Assembly (NCBI RefSeq): GCF_018977255.1
Contig: NW_024704743.1
Location: 80,168,001-80,232,000, forward strand
Reading direction: 5' to 3'
Length of the DNA stretch: 64,000 nt
Origin: Callorhinchus milii
Lineage: Eukaryota
Part shown: one piece after another, positions 11,165-22,140 of the stretch
Position numbering within the stretch: the first letter of the stretch is position 1
How the letters are laid out: every line of letters begins with the position of its first letter
Translations under genes and position numbers: made by a program
The notes under the pieces: generated by a model
What the model saw: the letters and a program-made list of their open reading frames with translations, nothing else
Databases searched by the model: none
Told to the model about the DNA's origin: nothing

Positions 11165-11591
11165 ACAGATAGAAGATAAAGTTAGCATCTTATCAGGTTG
11201 TCAAAATGTCTCAAATCGCTTGACATAATCACTGTAAAGTGTTTATTGTTTAGGCGAATACAGCAGCCAATTTGTGCACAGCTATATCCCAACAGCAGCC
11301 CTGGAGTCAATGACTAATTTTATTTGGGGGATTGTTGATCAGGACACTAGGAGAAACTCCCTACTCTTTTCAAATAGTGCCATGGGATCTTTAAAATCCA
11401 GCTGTAGTCCTGACTGACTACAGTCAGGACCTCGGTTTAATGTCTCATCCGAAGATTGTCACCTCTGACAATGCAGCGCTTCCCCAGCCCTGGAGTGTCA
11501 GCCTGGATTATGAATTCAATGTCATGGGGCTTGAGCCCACAACCTTCTGACTTAAAGGCAAGAATGCTGTCAACTGAGCTTGTCTGACACC
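11165..11591 (-). mobile_element. Near full-length Deu-domain SINE
   Basis: Minus strand: tRNA-like head, then ttcggatgagacattaaaccgaggtcc...gatcccatggcactatt (Deu domain), then the 3' module. Confidence 0.85.
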
Positions 11592-11714
11592 TGGGTAAAT
11601 CCCATTGGTGGCCGACATTGCTAAAGTTCCAACGTCAAACAGAATTTAAGTCCTTGAGTATTTTAGGCATTATTCCACGAAATAGAGCATTCTTTTCATT
11701 ACATCTTAGCCATT

Positions 11715-11850
11715 ATTTGCTGTGCGCAATTGGCTGCCACATTTCACCCACAAACATACAGTCAATTCATTTTAGTCTATTCTGTGAAGCGCTTTGAGAA
11801 GTCTGGAAGACGTGAAAAGCGCTATATCAAATGCAAGGATTATTATTATT
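11715..11850 (+). mobile_element. Ala-SINE 3' module
   Basis: gctgtgcgcaattggctgcc..., hairpin, (TTA)n. Confidence 0.9.
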
Positions 11851-12705
11851 TACAAGTAACAAAAAGTTGGCTATTTTCAGCAATCACTGTGTGATATATT
11901 GCATTATTGATTGAAATTGTGCAGCAAAATGTTCAATATACATCAGTGTTTCACTTATGCCGCAGAGTAGGTCATTCATCACTTCTCTAGGTTAGTTAAA
12001 TGGTTTCCTCAGCACAGGAAAGATAATACATTATTTAAGTCAGGTCTTTCTCTCTTCTATTTTTAAAACATGGGATATCAAGTGCAGCCAGAGCACATCA
12101 CATCTTGCTAATGGCAAGGGATTTCATGGAGCTCTAAGCACATATATAGGTCAGTAGTTAAACAGAACACAATGAAACTTGGAACTGCACCACAGCAGTA
12201 CAGCACTGCAGTGATACACTTAAGTTATCTCTTGTAAGAGATCATGGTGCATGGATATGACAATACATATGCAGTGCATTGTAAGCTCAGAAATCCATTT
12301 TTAAAATGAAATCACAATATCACCAAGAGAAATTCAGATGAAGAAGGCTCTTTAGCTCATTTAATCTTTTCCCCTTCGAGAATACCTCCCATTGCGCCAG
12401 CAATCTATTTATAGATGCAAGCATCATATAATTCCCAGTGATTAATTTTTTTTTATATAGGATTGATTAGGTTTATTGATCATTCATAAAACAGATTAAT
12501 CAGATATGTTAATCATGTGTAGCTTCTCATCAATGTTATTAACCATTGCATATATTAATGCTTGTTTGTTGGTACATTTATCAATACTTGACACAGTTAT
12601 TATAATGGAATCAGCCCTCTTTTGCTGAAAGGGATAACTAATTCTGGGTATGTTCTACATGTGGTACCGGGCATTCAGTACTTTGGCAAAGTGTGTTGTA
12701 TTACA

Positions 12706-12965
12706 ACAGCAACAACAAGATTACATTTGCACAGCGCCTTTCACGTCGGGAGGACATCCCAAGGCACTGGACAGTGTACAGCATTTCAGACTGGAGCTGA
12801 GGTCTGGGGGGGAGAAGGGAGGGGAGGGGAAGGGGGATGAACAATGGCATGGTCAAAGAGGAGGGTTTTGAGATGGGACTTGAAGGAAACTAAGGAAGGG
12901 GTGAGGCAGAGTGATTGGGGGATAGAGTTACAGAGGTTGGGGACAGAGTGGCTGATGGCTCTCCC
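12706..12965 (-). mobile_element. Older L2 3' end
   Basis: (CAA)n on the plus strand, hairpin and end of ORF2. Confidence 0.85.
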
Positions 12966-14723
12966 GCTGAACGCACCTGCCTCAAATCTGGCCTAACGGT
13001 CCACCGCCACCCCGCGCAGGTCATCTCCTCCAACCTTCACTGTGAGGAGATGCTGGATTTCCTTGAATCCAAAATCAAGGGAATCCGCTCCGCGGGCACT
13101 TCCCCTCCAACCTCCACCCACCCCCGAACTCCTCCCTCCCACACTCCGACTCCTACCCATCCTCCCCTACACACCTTCGTACCCGTTTCCCCACCCTCTG
13201 TCACCAAACTCATCCTATCCCTGAAACCCACCACATGCTCCCTTGACCCCATCCCCACTCCACTCCTTATCTCTCAGCTCCGCCTCCTTGCCCCACATAT
13301 CACAGACATCATCAACCTGTCCCTCTCCTCTGGTTCTGTTCCCATTCCCCTAAAAACTGCCACCATCACTCCCACTTTGAAAAAACCCTCCCTGTATGCG
13401 TCACAGCTATCAAGCTACCGGCCCATCTCCAACCTCCCCTTCCTGTCCAAGGTCCTTGAAAGAGTTGTCGCCTCCCAGCTGCGCTCTTTCCTCTCCACCC
13501 ATTCATTATTCGAACCCCTTCAGTCGGGTTTCCGTGCTGCCCATAGCACAGAAATTGCCCTGGTCAAGGTTACCAATGACATCTTGACCATCTGCGACCA
13601 GGGCTCCCTCTGCCTCTTCGTCTTCCTCGACCTATCGGCAGCACTCAATACGGTCGACCATGCTATCCTCCTCCACCGCTTGTCCTCCCACCTCAACCTT
13701 CAAGGCCCTGTCTTTGAGTGGTTTACGTCGTACCTCTCCCACCGTCTTCATTTTGTTTCCACTAACGGCTTTTCCTCCAGCCCCCGCACTGTCTCGTGCA
13801 GTGTCCCTCAGGGCTCTGTCCTCATTCCCCTCCTCTTCACCCTCTATATGCTCCCCCTTGGTGGCATCATCCGCAGACATGGGGTTAACTTTCACATGTA
13901 TGCGGATGACACCCAACTCTACCTTTCCGCCTCTACTCTCAACTCCACGACCACCGATGTCCTGACTGCCTGCCTGTCCGACATCGAGTCCTGGACGAGA
14001 GACAACTTTCTTCAGCTCAACGTGCGTTAAACTGAGGCCCTCCTGATTGGCTCGTGTCAGCGCCTCCGCTGGACTACGGGAACCCTCTCCTCGTCGGCCT
14101 TCCCGCCACCTCCCTCCACAAGCTGCAGGTCATTCAGAACTCTGCAGCTCGTGTACTGTCCCGCACCAGGCTTCGCGACCACATCACTCCCACCCTCGCT
14201 CGCCTCCACTGGCTCCCCATCCCCCAGAGGATCGAATTCAAGATCCTCATCCTCACCTACAAGGCCATTCACGGCCTCGCTCCCTCCTACCTCTCTGACC
14301 TACTATCCCCTACCTACCTGCCCGTACCCTCCGTTCCTCTGGCTCCGGTCTGCTCCACATCCCCCGCCCCAACCGCCCTACCATTGGTGGTCGGGCCTTC
14401 AGCCTCTCAGCCCCCAGGCTCTGGAACTCTATCCCCCAGTGCCTTCACCCCCTCCTCCCTTTCCTCCTTCAAGGCCGGTCTCAAAACCTTTCTCTTTGAC
14501 CGTGCCTTCAGCTCCCCTCTCGACTCTCTTCCCCCTCCTCACTCCCTCCCTTCCCTCACCCTGACCATTTCCCCCCTGCTCGGGTCATGACCCAACTGTG
14601 CAGCGCCTTGGGACGTCCTCCTGACGTGAAAGGCGCTTTATAAATGGAATCTTGTTGTTGTTGTTGTTGTCCTCCCGATGTGAAAGGCGCTTTATAAATG
14701 GAATCTTGTTGTTGTTGTTGTTG
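12966..14723 (+). mobile_element. Young 5'-truncated L2 LINE with near-intact RT domain
   Basis: ORF 12915-14030 contains YRPISNLPFLSKVLE, QSGFR, FLDLSAA, VPQGSVL and YADD; C-terminal LHWLP; 3' hairpin; (TTG)n; tail duplicated at 14669-14723. Confidence 0.97.
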
Positions 14724-14780
14724 ATGTCCGACAGGCAGTCTGTCAGCACAGCAGTTACACTCACTATAATAAATTCATAT

Positions 14781-15010
14781 ACAACAACAACAAGATTACA
14801 TTTATAAAGCGCCTTTAACGTCAGGAGGACGTCCCAAGGCGCTGCACAGTTGGGTCATGACCCGAGCAGGGGGGAAATGGTCAGGGTGAGGGGAGGGAAG
14901 GGAGGGAGCAAGGAGGGGGGAAATGGTCAGGGTGAGGGGAGGGATGGGAGGGAGGGAGCAAGAAGGGGGAAGAGAGTCGAGAGGGGAGCTGAAGGCACGG
15001 TCAAAGAGAA
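14781..15010 (-). mobile_element. Young L2 3' end
   Basis: Reverse complement of about 14490-14665 with an extra 3'UTR unit. Confidence 0.95.
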
Positions 15011-15059
15011 GATATAATACATAAATGTCAGTGGAGAATTTGACCGATGGGTCAATCAT

Positions 15060-15263
15060 AGCCAAAGGAGTTGGGGAGGCTGACAAGCAGGGAGTTTACT
15101 TCGTCGAGCCTGGATTATACGAATGTGTTCATGAGGATTTCGGCGGCCTGCGGTGTGAGACAGTGTCGGAGCCAGGCAACGTTGCGGAGGTTGGGGAAGG
15201 CAGAGCAGGTCATGGTGCAGATGTGGGGTAGAAAAAATAGTTGAAGGTCAAACAAGACCCCAG
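15060..15263 (-). mobile_element. Older L2 ORF2 fragment
   Basis: Minus strand ggggtcttgtttgacc...ccaggctcgac. Confidence 0.8.
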
Positions 15264-15307
15264 GAGGAGGAGTGGAGGGCCACACATTCCTTATTAGTTA
15301 GAAAAAT

Positions 15308-15405
15308 CTAGAATCATAGAATGATACAACACAGAAGGAGGCCATTCTGCCCATCGTGTCTGTGCCGGCTCTTTGAAATGAGTTATCAAAATCAATCCCA
15401 CTCTA
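15308..15405 (-). mobile_element. CR1 3' tail
   Basis: tagaatcatagaatgatacaacacagaaggaggccatt; reverse complement of the tail type at 30000-30085. Confidence 0.8.
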
Positions 15406-16452
15406 ATGAACAATTAAATAGCTTCAGGGACAGGATCATGACCTTGCTTGCTGTTCTCTGACACCACTCCCTTTGATGTGTTAATGTACAGGATACAGAA
15501 CAATATCAACATTTTAACACCAAGAGGCTTGTCTCCCCTTCACCTTCCATTTTAAGTTAATATAGGAGAAAAACTTAATTTGCAGTTCACTTTAGTACTG
15601 ACTCACATTAAGCTGTAAGTAGAAATTTTATGCCCAGATAACACTCAACAGAGCATCTTGTGCACCTGCATGGACGCAGAAAATGTTAACAAACTTTCAG
15701 AATTTGATTTATTATTTCTCATTACTCCAACATGTTGGGTTCTCTGTAATTTATACCGAAACTAAATGATGTCTCATTAAAAAGGGTTTTTATTTTAACC
15801 TGATATGACTACAATGGAAATCTTAATGCGATGGTTACGAAAATACAGGACAACGCAAATAATACTTGCCGTTTCTAGGAGCTGGCTGGGAGACACTGCT
15901 AATAATCCAACTCAACTCTTGTTTGGTTCCTCAAACTTTTTATTCCCCGCTTGCTTAAATTCATCAATCTTAAATTTAAACGCTTAAATTTCTTTCCCAT
16001 TGTCACAGTCAGGGATGCTATCCTGGCTGTGAATGTTAAACCAATTAAGTGCCTCCCAGTATCTCCTGGTATATCCTGTTTGTCTTTGTTTCAAGAAGAA
16101 GTGTTTTCAGATTGGCAAGGTTTCAATCAAAATGTCTGCACTAAGGTAATTAGTTAATCACCTTAGCCATTGCCCTTCTTTCCAGACCACATTAACTCAT
16201 TCATTTATAATTATATTAATTCTTGCCTTTGACACAGCACCCCACCACATTCTCCAGACGTCTCAAAGCGCCCCACAGAATACACTGCAAAGTGAATTGA
16301 CTGCATGCCCCGCAGGTGAAACATTTACATCCCAATAAACATTTTATGAATCTCAGTTGCTGTCGAATCACACCCATGCACACACAGGGAACTGCAGAAG
16401 TGAGTCCTTTTACTACATGACAAACGACTGAATCTCCATCATACTGCTCTCC

Positions 16453-16840
16453 ATAATAATAATAATAATCCTTACGTTTAATACAATGCCTCATCACATC
16501 TTCGAGACATTCCAAAGCACTTCACAGATTATACTGTAAAGTGAATTGACTGTATATTTTGTGGGCGAAATGCGACAGCCAATTGCGCACAGAAGTGTCC
16601 CACAAACAGTTGTGGATTGAGTGATCAATTTATTATTATTATTATTATTTTTAAAGGAATTACTAGCCTTAGAAAAGTGATCCGCCAATCAGCCAGCAAC
16701 TGGGTTCCCACTTACTGCTTAGTAAACAGAGGTGTGTGGAGTAAGGAAACTTGCCTAACGTTTTACCCTGCCTGGGAATCTTTGCCAGGTCCTCTTGCTT
16801 GCGAGGCAAGTGCTCTAACCGTTGAGCTACAGAACTCCCA
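16453..16840 (-). mobile_element. Ala-SINE, long form
   Basis: Head, about 60-nt central segment, 3' module, (TTA)n. Confidence 0.9.
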
Positions 16841-17171
16841 TACTGGGAATAGCTGTGTTAGATTATTCGTTTTAGAACTGACTTTCTCACAGATGCAATT
16901 TTAAAAAGAAGACTTAGCATTTTTAGAATTCAGAGTAAATTAACTGAGATAACACTATTTGATTTTGTTGTGCAGTGATCTGCAGTGTGAGAAGCGCAGG
17001 GCTGGTCAAATCTGCCTGTCATCTACACCTGCTTAACATTTTGGATGTGTGGGGGATGGGACAGCAGGGAGTACTGTGGTACTGTACCTATGAGTATAGT
17101 GCCATCATATGGACAAATTAAAGAATAACATACATTTGTCATTAAGTAATGCCCTCTCTCGTTTCTTCTTA

Positions 17172-17550
17172 AATAATACTAATAATCCTTGCATTTGATA
17201 TAGCGCTTTTCACGTCTTCTACACATCTCAAAGCGCTTCACAGAATATAGTGTGAAGTGAATTGACTGTATATTTGTGGGCGAAATGCAGCAGCCAATTT
17301 CGCACAGCAGCATCCCACAAACAGTCGTTTGATTGAGTGACCAAATTATTATTGTTTTTTTTCTTGAGGGATTATTATCTCCGGAAAAGCGATCCGCCAA
17401 TCGACTAACAACTGGGTTCCTACTTACTGCTAGGTAAACAGAGGTGTGTGGAGTAAGGAAACTTGCCCAACATTTCACCCTGTCAGGAATAGAACCCAGA
17501 TCTCTTCCTCGCGAGGCGAATGCTCTAACCACTGAGCTGCACGATTCCAC
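17172..17550 (-). mobile_element. Ala-SINE, long form, full length
   Basis: Head, central segment, hairpin and tail all present. Confidence 0.9.
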
Positions 17551-17949
17551 AAAATAGTCAGCCCTTTACAGGGGAGGGCTGAGTACATGATGCATTGTGA
17601 AAGTGAACTGTTCTTCAATGTAAACTGTGAATTTAATCCATATTGGAGTGATTACCCCAGCTAATCCATCCACCTCTCATGCCAATGAACCCATCTGTCC
17701 TACTCCCCAGGAGTAAAGCACTCCTCATTCAACCCTATTGCTAAGTTACCTGATTTTCCTTTTCCCCCCACTATTCACCAACAAACATTTTCCTACAATT
17801 TTTCTGTTTACCTACAGTACAGAGGTAGTCCTGGTCAAAGTTACATATTACTTAACAGTTGCAGCAGCTGGCTTTTTAATGAAATTAGTGAGAGCTCCCA
17901 CACATCAGTTTTAAATTTTGACATCTCTAGGAGAGGAATGCCTCATGTT

Positions 17950-19367
17950 GCAACCTCTCTCCTCATCTCCCAGCTCCACCTTCTGACCCCTCTCCTGTCC
18001 CACAGCATCAACCTCTACTTGTCAACCGGTTCAGTTCCAACCCCCCTAAAAACAGCTGTCATCAGCCCCATCCTGAAAAAACCTTCCCTGGACCCATTCC
18101 TACTCTCCAGCTAATCTTCGCAGACCTGCCCTTGCCTGGTTCGATTCTTATCTCTCTCACCGTCTCCACTTTGTTGCCTCTAATGGTTTCTCTTCCAGCC
18201 CCTGCACTGTCACTTCTGGTGTCCCCCAGGGGTCTGTCCTTGGCCCTCTCTTCTTCAATATCTACACGCTCCCCCTTGGTGACATCATCCGCAGACATGG
18301 GGTCAAGTTCCATATGTATGCAGATGACACCCAACTCCATCTTTCTGCCTCCACCCTCAACTCCAGGACCACTGCTGTCCTGACAGACTGACTGTCGGAC
18401 ATCAAGTCCTGGATGAGGGCAAATTTCCTAAAGTTGACTGTGAACAAGACTGAGGCCCTCCTGATTGGCTCACACCAGCGCCTCTATACCTCAGGCTCTG
18501 GCAACATCAACCTCCATGGTTGCACACTACAACTCACCAAGCCAGTCAGGAACCGAGGTGTCTTGTTTGACCCTCAACTGTCTTTTCTCCCCCACATCCA
18601 AGCTATGGCCCGCTCTGCCTTCCCTCACCTCCGTAACGTCACCTGACTCCGCCATTACCTCACCCCTCAGGCCGCTGAAATTCTTGTTCATGCGTTCATC
18701 ACCTCCAGGCTCGACTATGCAAACTCCCTGCTTGTCGGCCTTCCCAACTCCTCCCTCCCTCCACAGGCTGCAGATAATCCAGACCTCTGCAGCCCATGTT
18801 CTCTCCCACACCAAACTCCGTGACCCCATCTCCCCCATTCTTGCCCGACTCCATTGGCTCCCTATCCTTCAGTGGATCCAGTTCAAAATCCTGGTCCTCA
18901 CCTACAAAGCCCTCAATGGTCTCGCCCCACCCTCTCTCTGTGACCTCTTAACCCCCTACCAACCTGCCCGTTCCCTCTGCTTAGCTGGCTCTGGCCAGCT
19001 CCACGTCCCCCAACCCACCCGCCCCACCATTGGTGGGAGAGCCTTCAGCCACTCTGTCGCCAACCTCTGGAACTTCATCCCCCAATCACTCCGCCTCGCC
19101 CCCTCCTTAGCCTCCTTCAAGTCCTGCCTCGAAACCCTCCTCTTCGACCATGCCATTGGTCACCCCCCTTTACCCCGAACCTCTGGAGCATTGTCCCTCA
19201 ATCACTCTCTCCTCTTTTTCAAGTCCCGCCTGAAAACCTTCCTTTTCGACAGTGCTTACTGCCACCTCCTCCCTCTCCCTGGTTCGGAGTTAGTCTCCGC
19301 CACTGTTAAGCGCTCTGAGATGGTACGCTGTGTGGAGGGCACTTTTCAGTGCAAGTTGGTGTTGTAA
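17950..19367 (+). mobile_element. L2 LINE fragment ending in a type-B tail
   Basis: PQGSVL, YADDTQL, LHWLP and IGGRAFS motifs across frames; internal deletion near 18120. Confidence 0.92.
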
Positions 19368-19489
19368 CAATCATGGATGTCACAAAAATCCTCTTATGGA
19401 ACTTGCTCATGTACCGACATCCTGACATCACTGTGGTGTTTGCGACTTAAGTAATGACGCTCATGCAGGTGCAGAACATCTTTGCAGCC

Positions 19490-19865
19490 ACAAAACAGGA
19501 CTTGAACTCACATAGTCGAGGCTGACCTCCAACGCAGTGCTGAGTGTGTGTTATATTATTGGATGTGCTGACCTTTGGATGAGATGTTAAACTGAAGCCC
19601 TGTCTGCCTGTTCAGGTCGACGTGAGAAATCCCATTACACTATTCGAAAAGAGAAAGGAGTTTCTCCTGGTGTCCTGGACAGCAATCCCCTAAATAAAAT
19701 TGGTAACTCAGTCCAGTTTGTGGTACATTGCTGTGCACAACTGGCTGCCACATTTCGCACACAGAATGCATAGTCAAGCTACTTTACAGTATATCCTGTG
19801 AAGCGCTTTCGGAAGTCTCGATCACATGATAAGGCATTATATTAAATGCAAGGATTATTATTATT
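19490..19865 (+). mobile_element. Deu-domain SINE with (TTA)n tail
   Basis: ggatgagatgttaaactgaagccctgtctgcctgttcagg, followed by the 3' module shared with the Ala-SINE. Confidence 0.85.
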
Positions 19866-20444
19866 AATACTGAGTCAGATCTCTGTTGACAGAATGGGAG
19901 ATCTGATTCTGTGTGAAGTCTTGTCAATCCAGAGCCTTAAGAAGTGCCTGATGTACATTATTGCTAGGATCTGGACACAAGGCTGGCCTCTGGACACTAA
20001 CCAGTGATGTAAAAGCAGGGTTAGATATTCTGCCAGTTGACAGCTTCTGCTCCTTTTGTTCAGGTGTGTACAGCTGTGCTTTGTTTCATTTCCTCAGCCA
20101 GCCTAGATTTTTTATCAAATTGATAACCTTTTGACTATTGTACAGACATGTTTCCTTAGCTTTTCAAATGCTAATGATAACCTTCAACACGAAGTATTTT
20201 ATGGAAATTAAAGGTTGCAGAATGTGATCAGAATGTGCACTCCCCTGAAAGCTCGAGGGCGATTGAGTAATGCAAAGTAAATCACTGTAATTGCCGCTGT
20301 CAGGGAAAGTGATCTGAATGAACTAAGACAGTTTGTCATACTGTGCAACATGACAGTGTGGGAATCAAAGCCTCCCTATCTGTCTGCATAGTTCAAATCT
20401 CAAAAAAAAATCCTATCAGATAACTAAATGCAAGTAAAACCGCA

Positions 20445-20745
20445 TATTAATCCCTGCATTTGATACAGCACCTTATCACTTTGAAACATCTGAAAGCACT
20501 TCACAAAGGTTTCTGTAGTGATTGTGTATTTGTAGACGAGTTCATTGGCCAATTTTGCACACAGCAATGATTTACAAGCAGCCATGAAGTGAAGGACCTA
20601 TTTTTATCTGGAGGATTGTTGGCTAGGATACTAGGAGAAACTCCCTTCTCTTTTCGAATAGTGCCATGGGATCCTTAACGTTCTCCTGAGCAGGCAGACG
20701 GGACCACAGTTTAATGCCTCATCCAGAGGACAGCACCTCCAACAA
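20445..20745 (-). mobile_element. Deu-domain SINE, 5'-truncated
   Basis: gaatagtgccatgggatcc...gtttaatgcctcatcc. Confidence 0.85.
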
Positions 20746-20784
20746 CAGGAGAGCCTCTGTCTTGTCAACAATCAACTGAAGAAA

Positions 20785-20965
20785 ATTGGAACTTTTTCAG
20801 GTCTTGATGTCTGACAGGCAATCGGTCAGAACAGCAATGATCCTGGAGTCGAGGGTAAAAGCCAAGAGATAGAGTTGGGTGTCATCCACATATATGTAGA
20901 ATTGAACTTCGTGTCTGCAGATGATGTCACCAAGTGGGAGCGTATAGACAGTGAATATATACGGT
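20785..20965 (-). mobile_element. L2 RT fragment
   Basis: [12 protein letters not shown]...YVDDTQLY. Confidence 0.85.
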
Positions 20966-20974
20966 AAAGTGGTG

Positions 20975-21322
20975 TGACTGTGCATTTTGTGGGCAAATAC
21001 GGCAGCCAATTTGCGCACAGCAATGTCCTGCAAACAGTCATGGAGTTAATGACTAATTTTATTTGGCCAGGCCAGGATACTGGGAGAAACTCCCTTCTCT
21101 TTTTGAATAGTCTCATGGGACCTTTAATGTCCACCTGAACAGGCAGACAGTGCCTCGGTTTAATATTCCATCCGAATGACAACATCTCCAACGATGCAGC
21201 GGCTCCCAGCAGTGCATTGGAGTTTCAAATTAGACTATGTGGGTACCACGTGCTGATATGGGGCTTCAATCCACGACCTTATGTCTCAGAATGAGAGTGC
21301 TATAAACTGGCGCTGGCTGACA
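20975..21322 (-). mobile_element. Deu-domain SINE (head and Deu domain)
   Basis: Head gtgtcagccagc...ctgagacataagg and the Deu domain. Confidence 0.85.
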
Positions 21323-21639
21323 CTAGTGGGCCAGGGTATCCTTCCTGGAGCCCCAGAAAAAGAGAGAGAGAGATTTCTGGGGCATTGGTCACCTCTTTTA
21401 TGTAGCACAGGCTCCACTATTCCTACATGTCACACAGAGTCTTGCCTTGAGCCAAATGTCACTGTTATCATAGCATATTAATACGTACCTCAAAGCTCAG
21501 CATCTGTGGTGGGAAGAAGTATTCTCTCTGTACCTAATTCAGAAGGGTAGCAGCCATAGGAAAAGTGAAAAATAAATACAGGATACGACTTGCTTAATAT
21601 GGTTTATATTTGCATGACTGAATTCGCTAGACTTATTAG

Positions 21640-21884
21640 AATTCACTGCCTCAATAGAATAATAAAATCATATAACATTGCAGACATGTGAATTCCAGAG
21701 GTAAGGGGGACCGTAGGCTATGGAGAGCTTTGAAGGTGAGGACCAGGATTTTGAACTCTACCCTCTGTGTGATGGGAAGCTGGTGGAGTTGGGCAAGGAT
21801 AGGTCACAGAGCCTGGTGCGGGAGAGGACACGAGCTGCAGAGTTCTGGATAAGTTGGGGAGGCCGACAAGCAGGGAGTTTGCAT
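21640..21884 (-). mobile_element. L2 ORF2 3' fragment
   Basis: Reverse complement of cagaactctgcagctcgtgtcctctcccgcaccagg. Confidence 0.8.
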
Positions 21885-21885
21885 A

Positions 21886-22140
21886 TATTCCTTGCATTTA
21901 ATATAGCACCTTATCGCATCTTCGAGATGTCTCAAAGCACTTACAAAATATTCTGTAAAGTGAATTGACTGTGTATTTTGTGGGTGAAACGAGGCAGCCA
22001 ATTGTGCACAGTAGTGTTCCACAAATGGTCGTGGATTGAAGTGACCAATTTATTATTACTATTTTCTATTTTGAAGGAATTATCACCCCCGGAAAAGCGA
22101 TTCGCCAATCGACTAACAATCGGGTTCCTACTTACTGCAA
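21886..22140 (-). mobile_element. Ala-SINE, long form, head missing
   Basis: Central segment plus 3' module. Confidence 0.85.

Noticed and set aside
12915..14030. Host gene, retron or group II intron reverse transcriptase
   Set aside because: Motifs and tail are those of an L2 LINE; 5'-truncated, with a stop and deletion downstream.
18465..19367. 300-aa novel protein
   Set aside because: Frameshifted L2 ORF2 C-terminus plus off-frame sequence.
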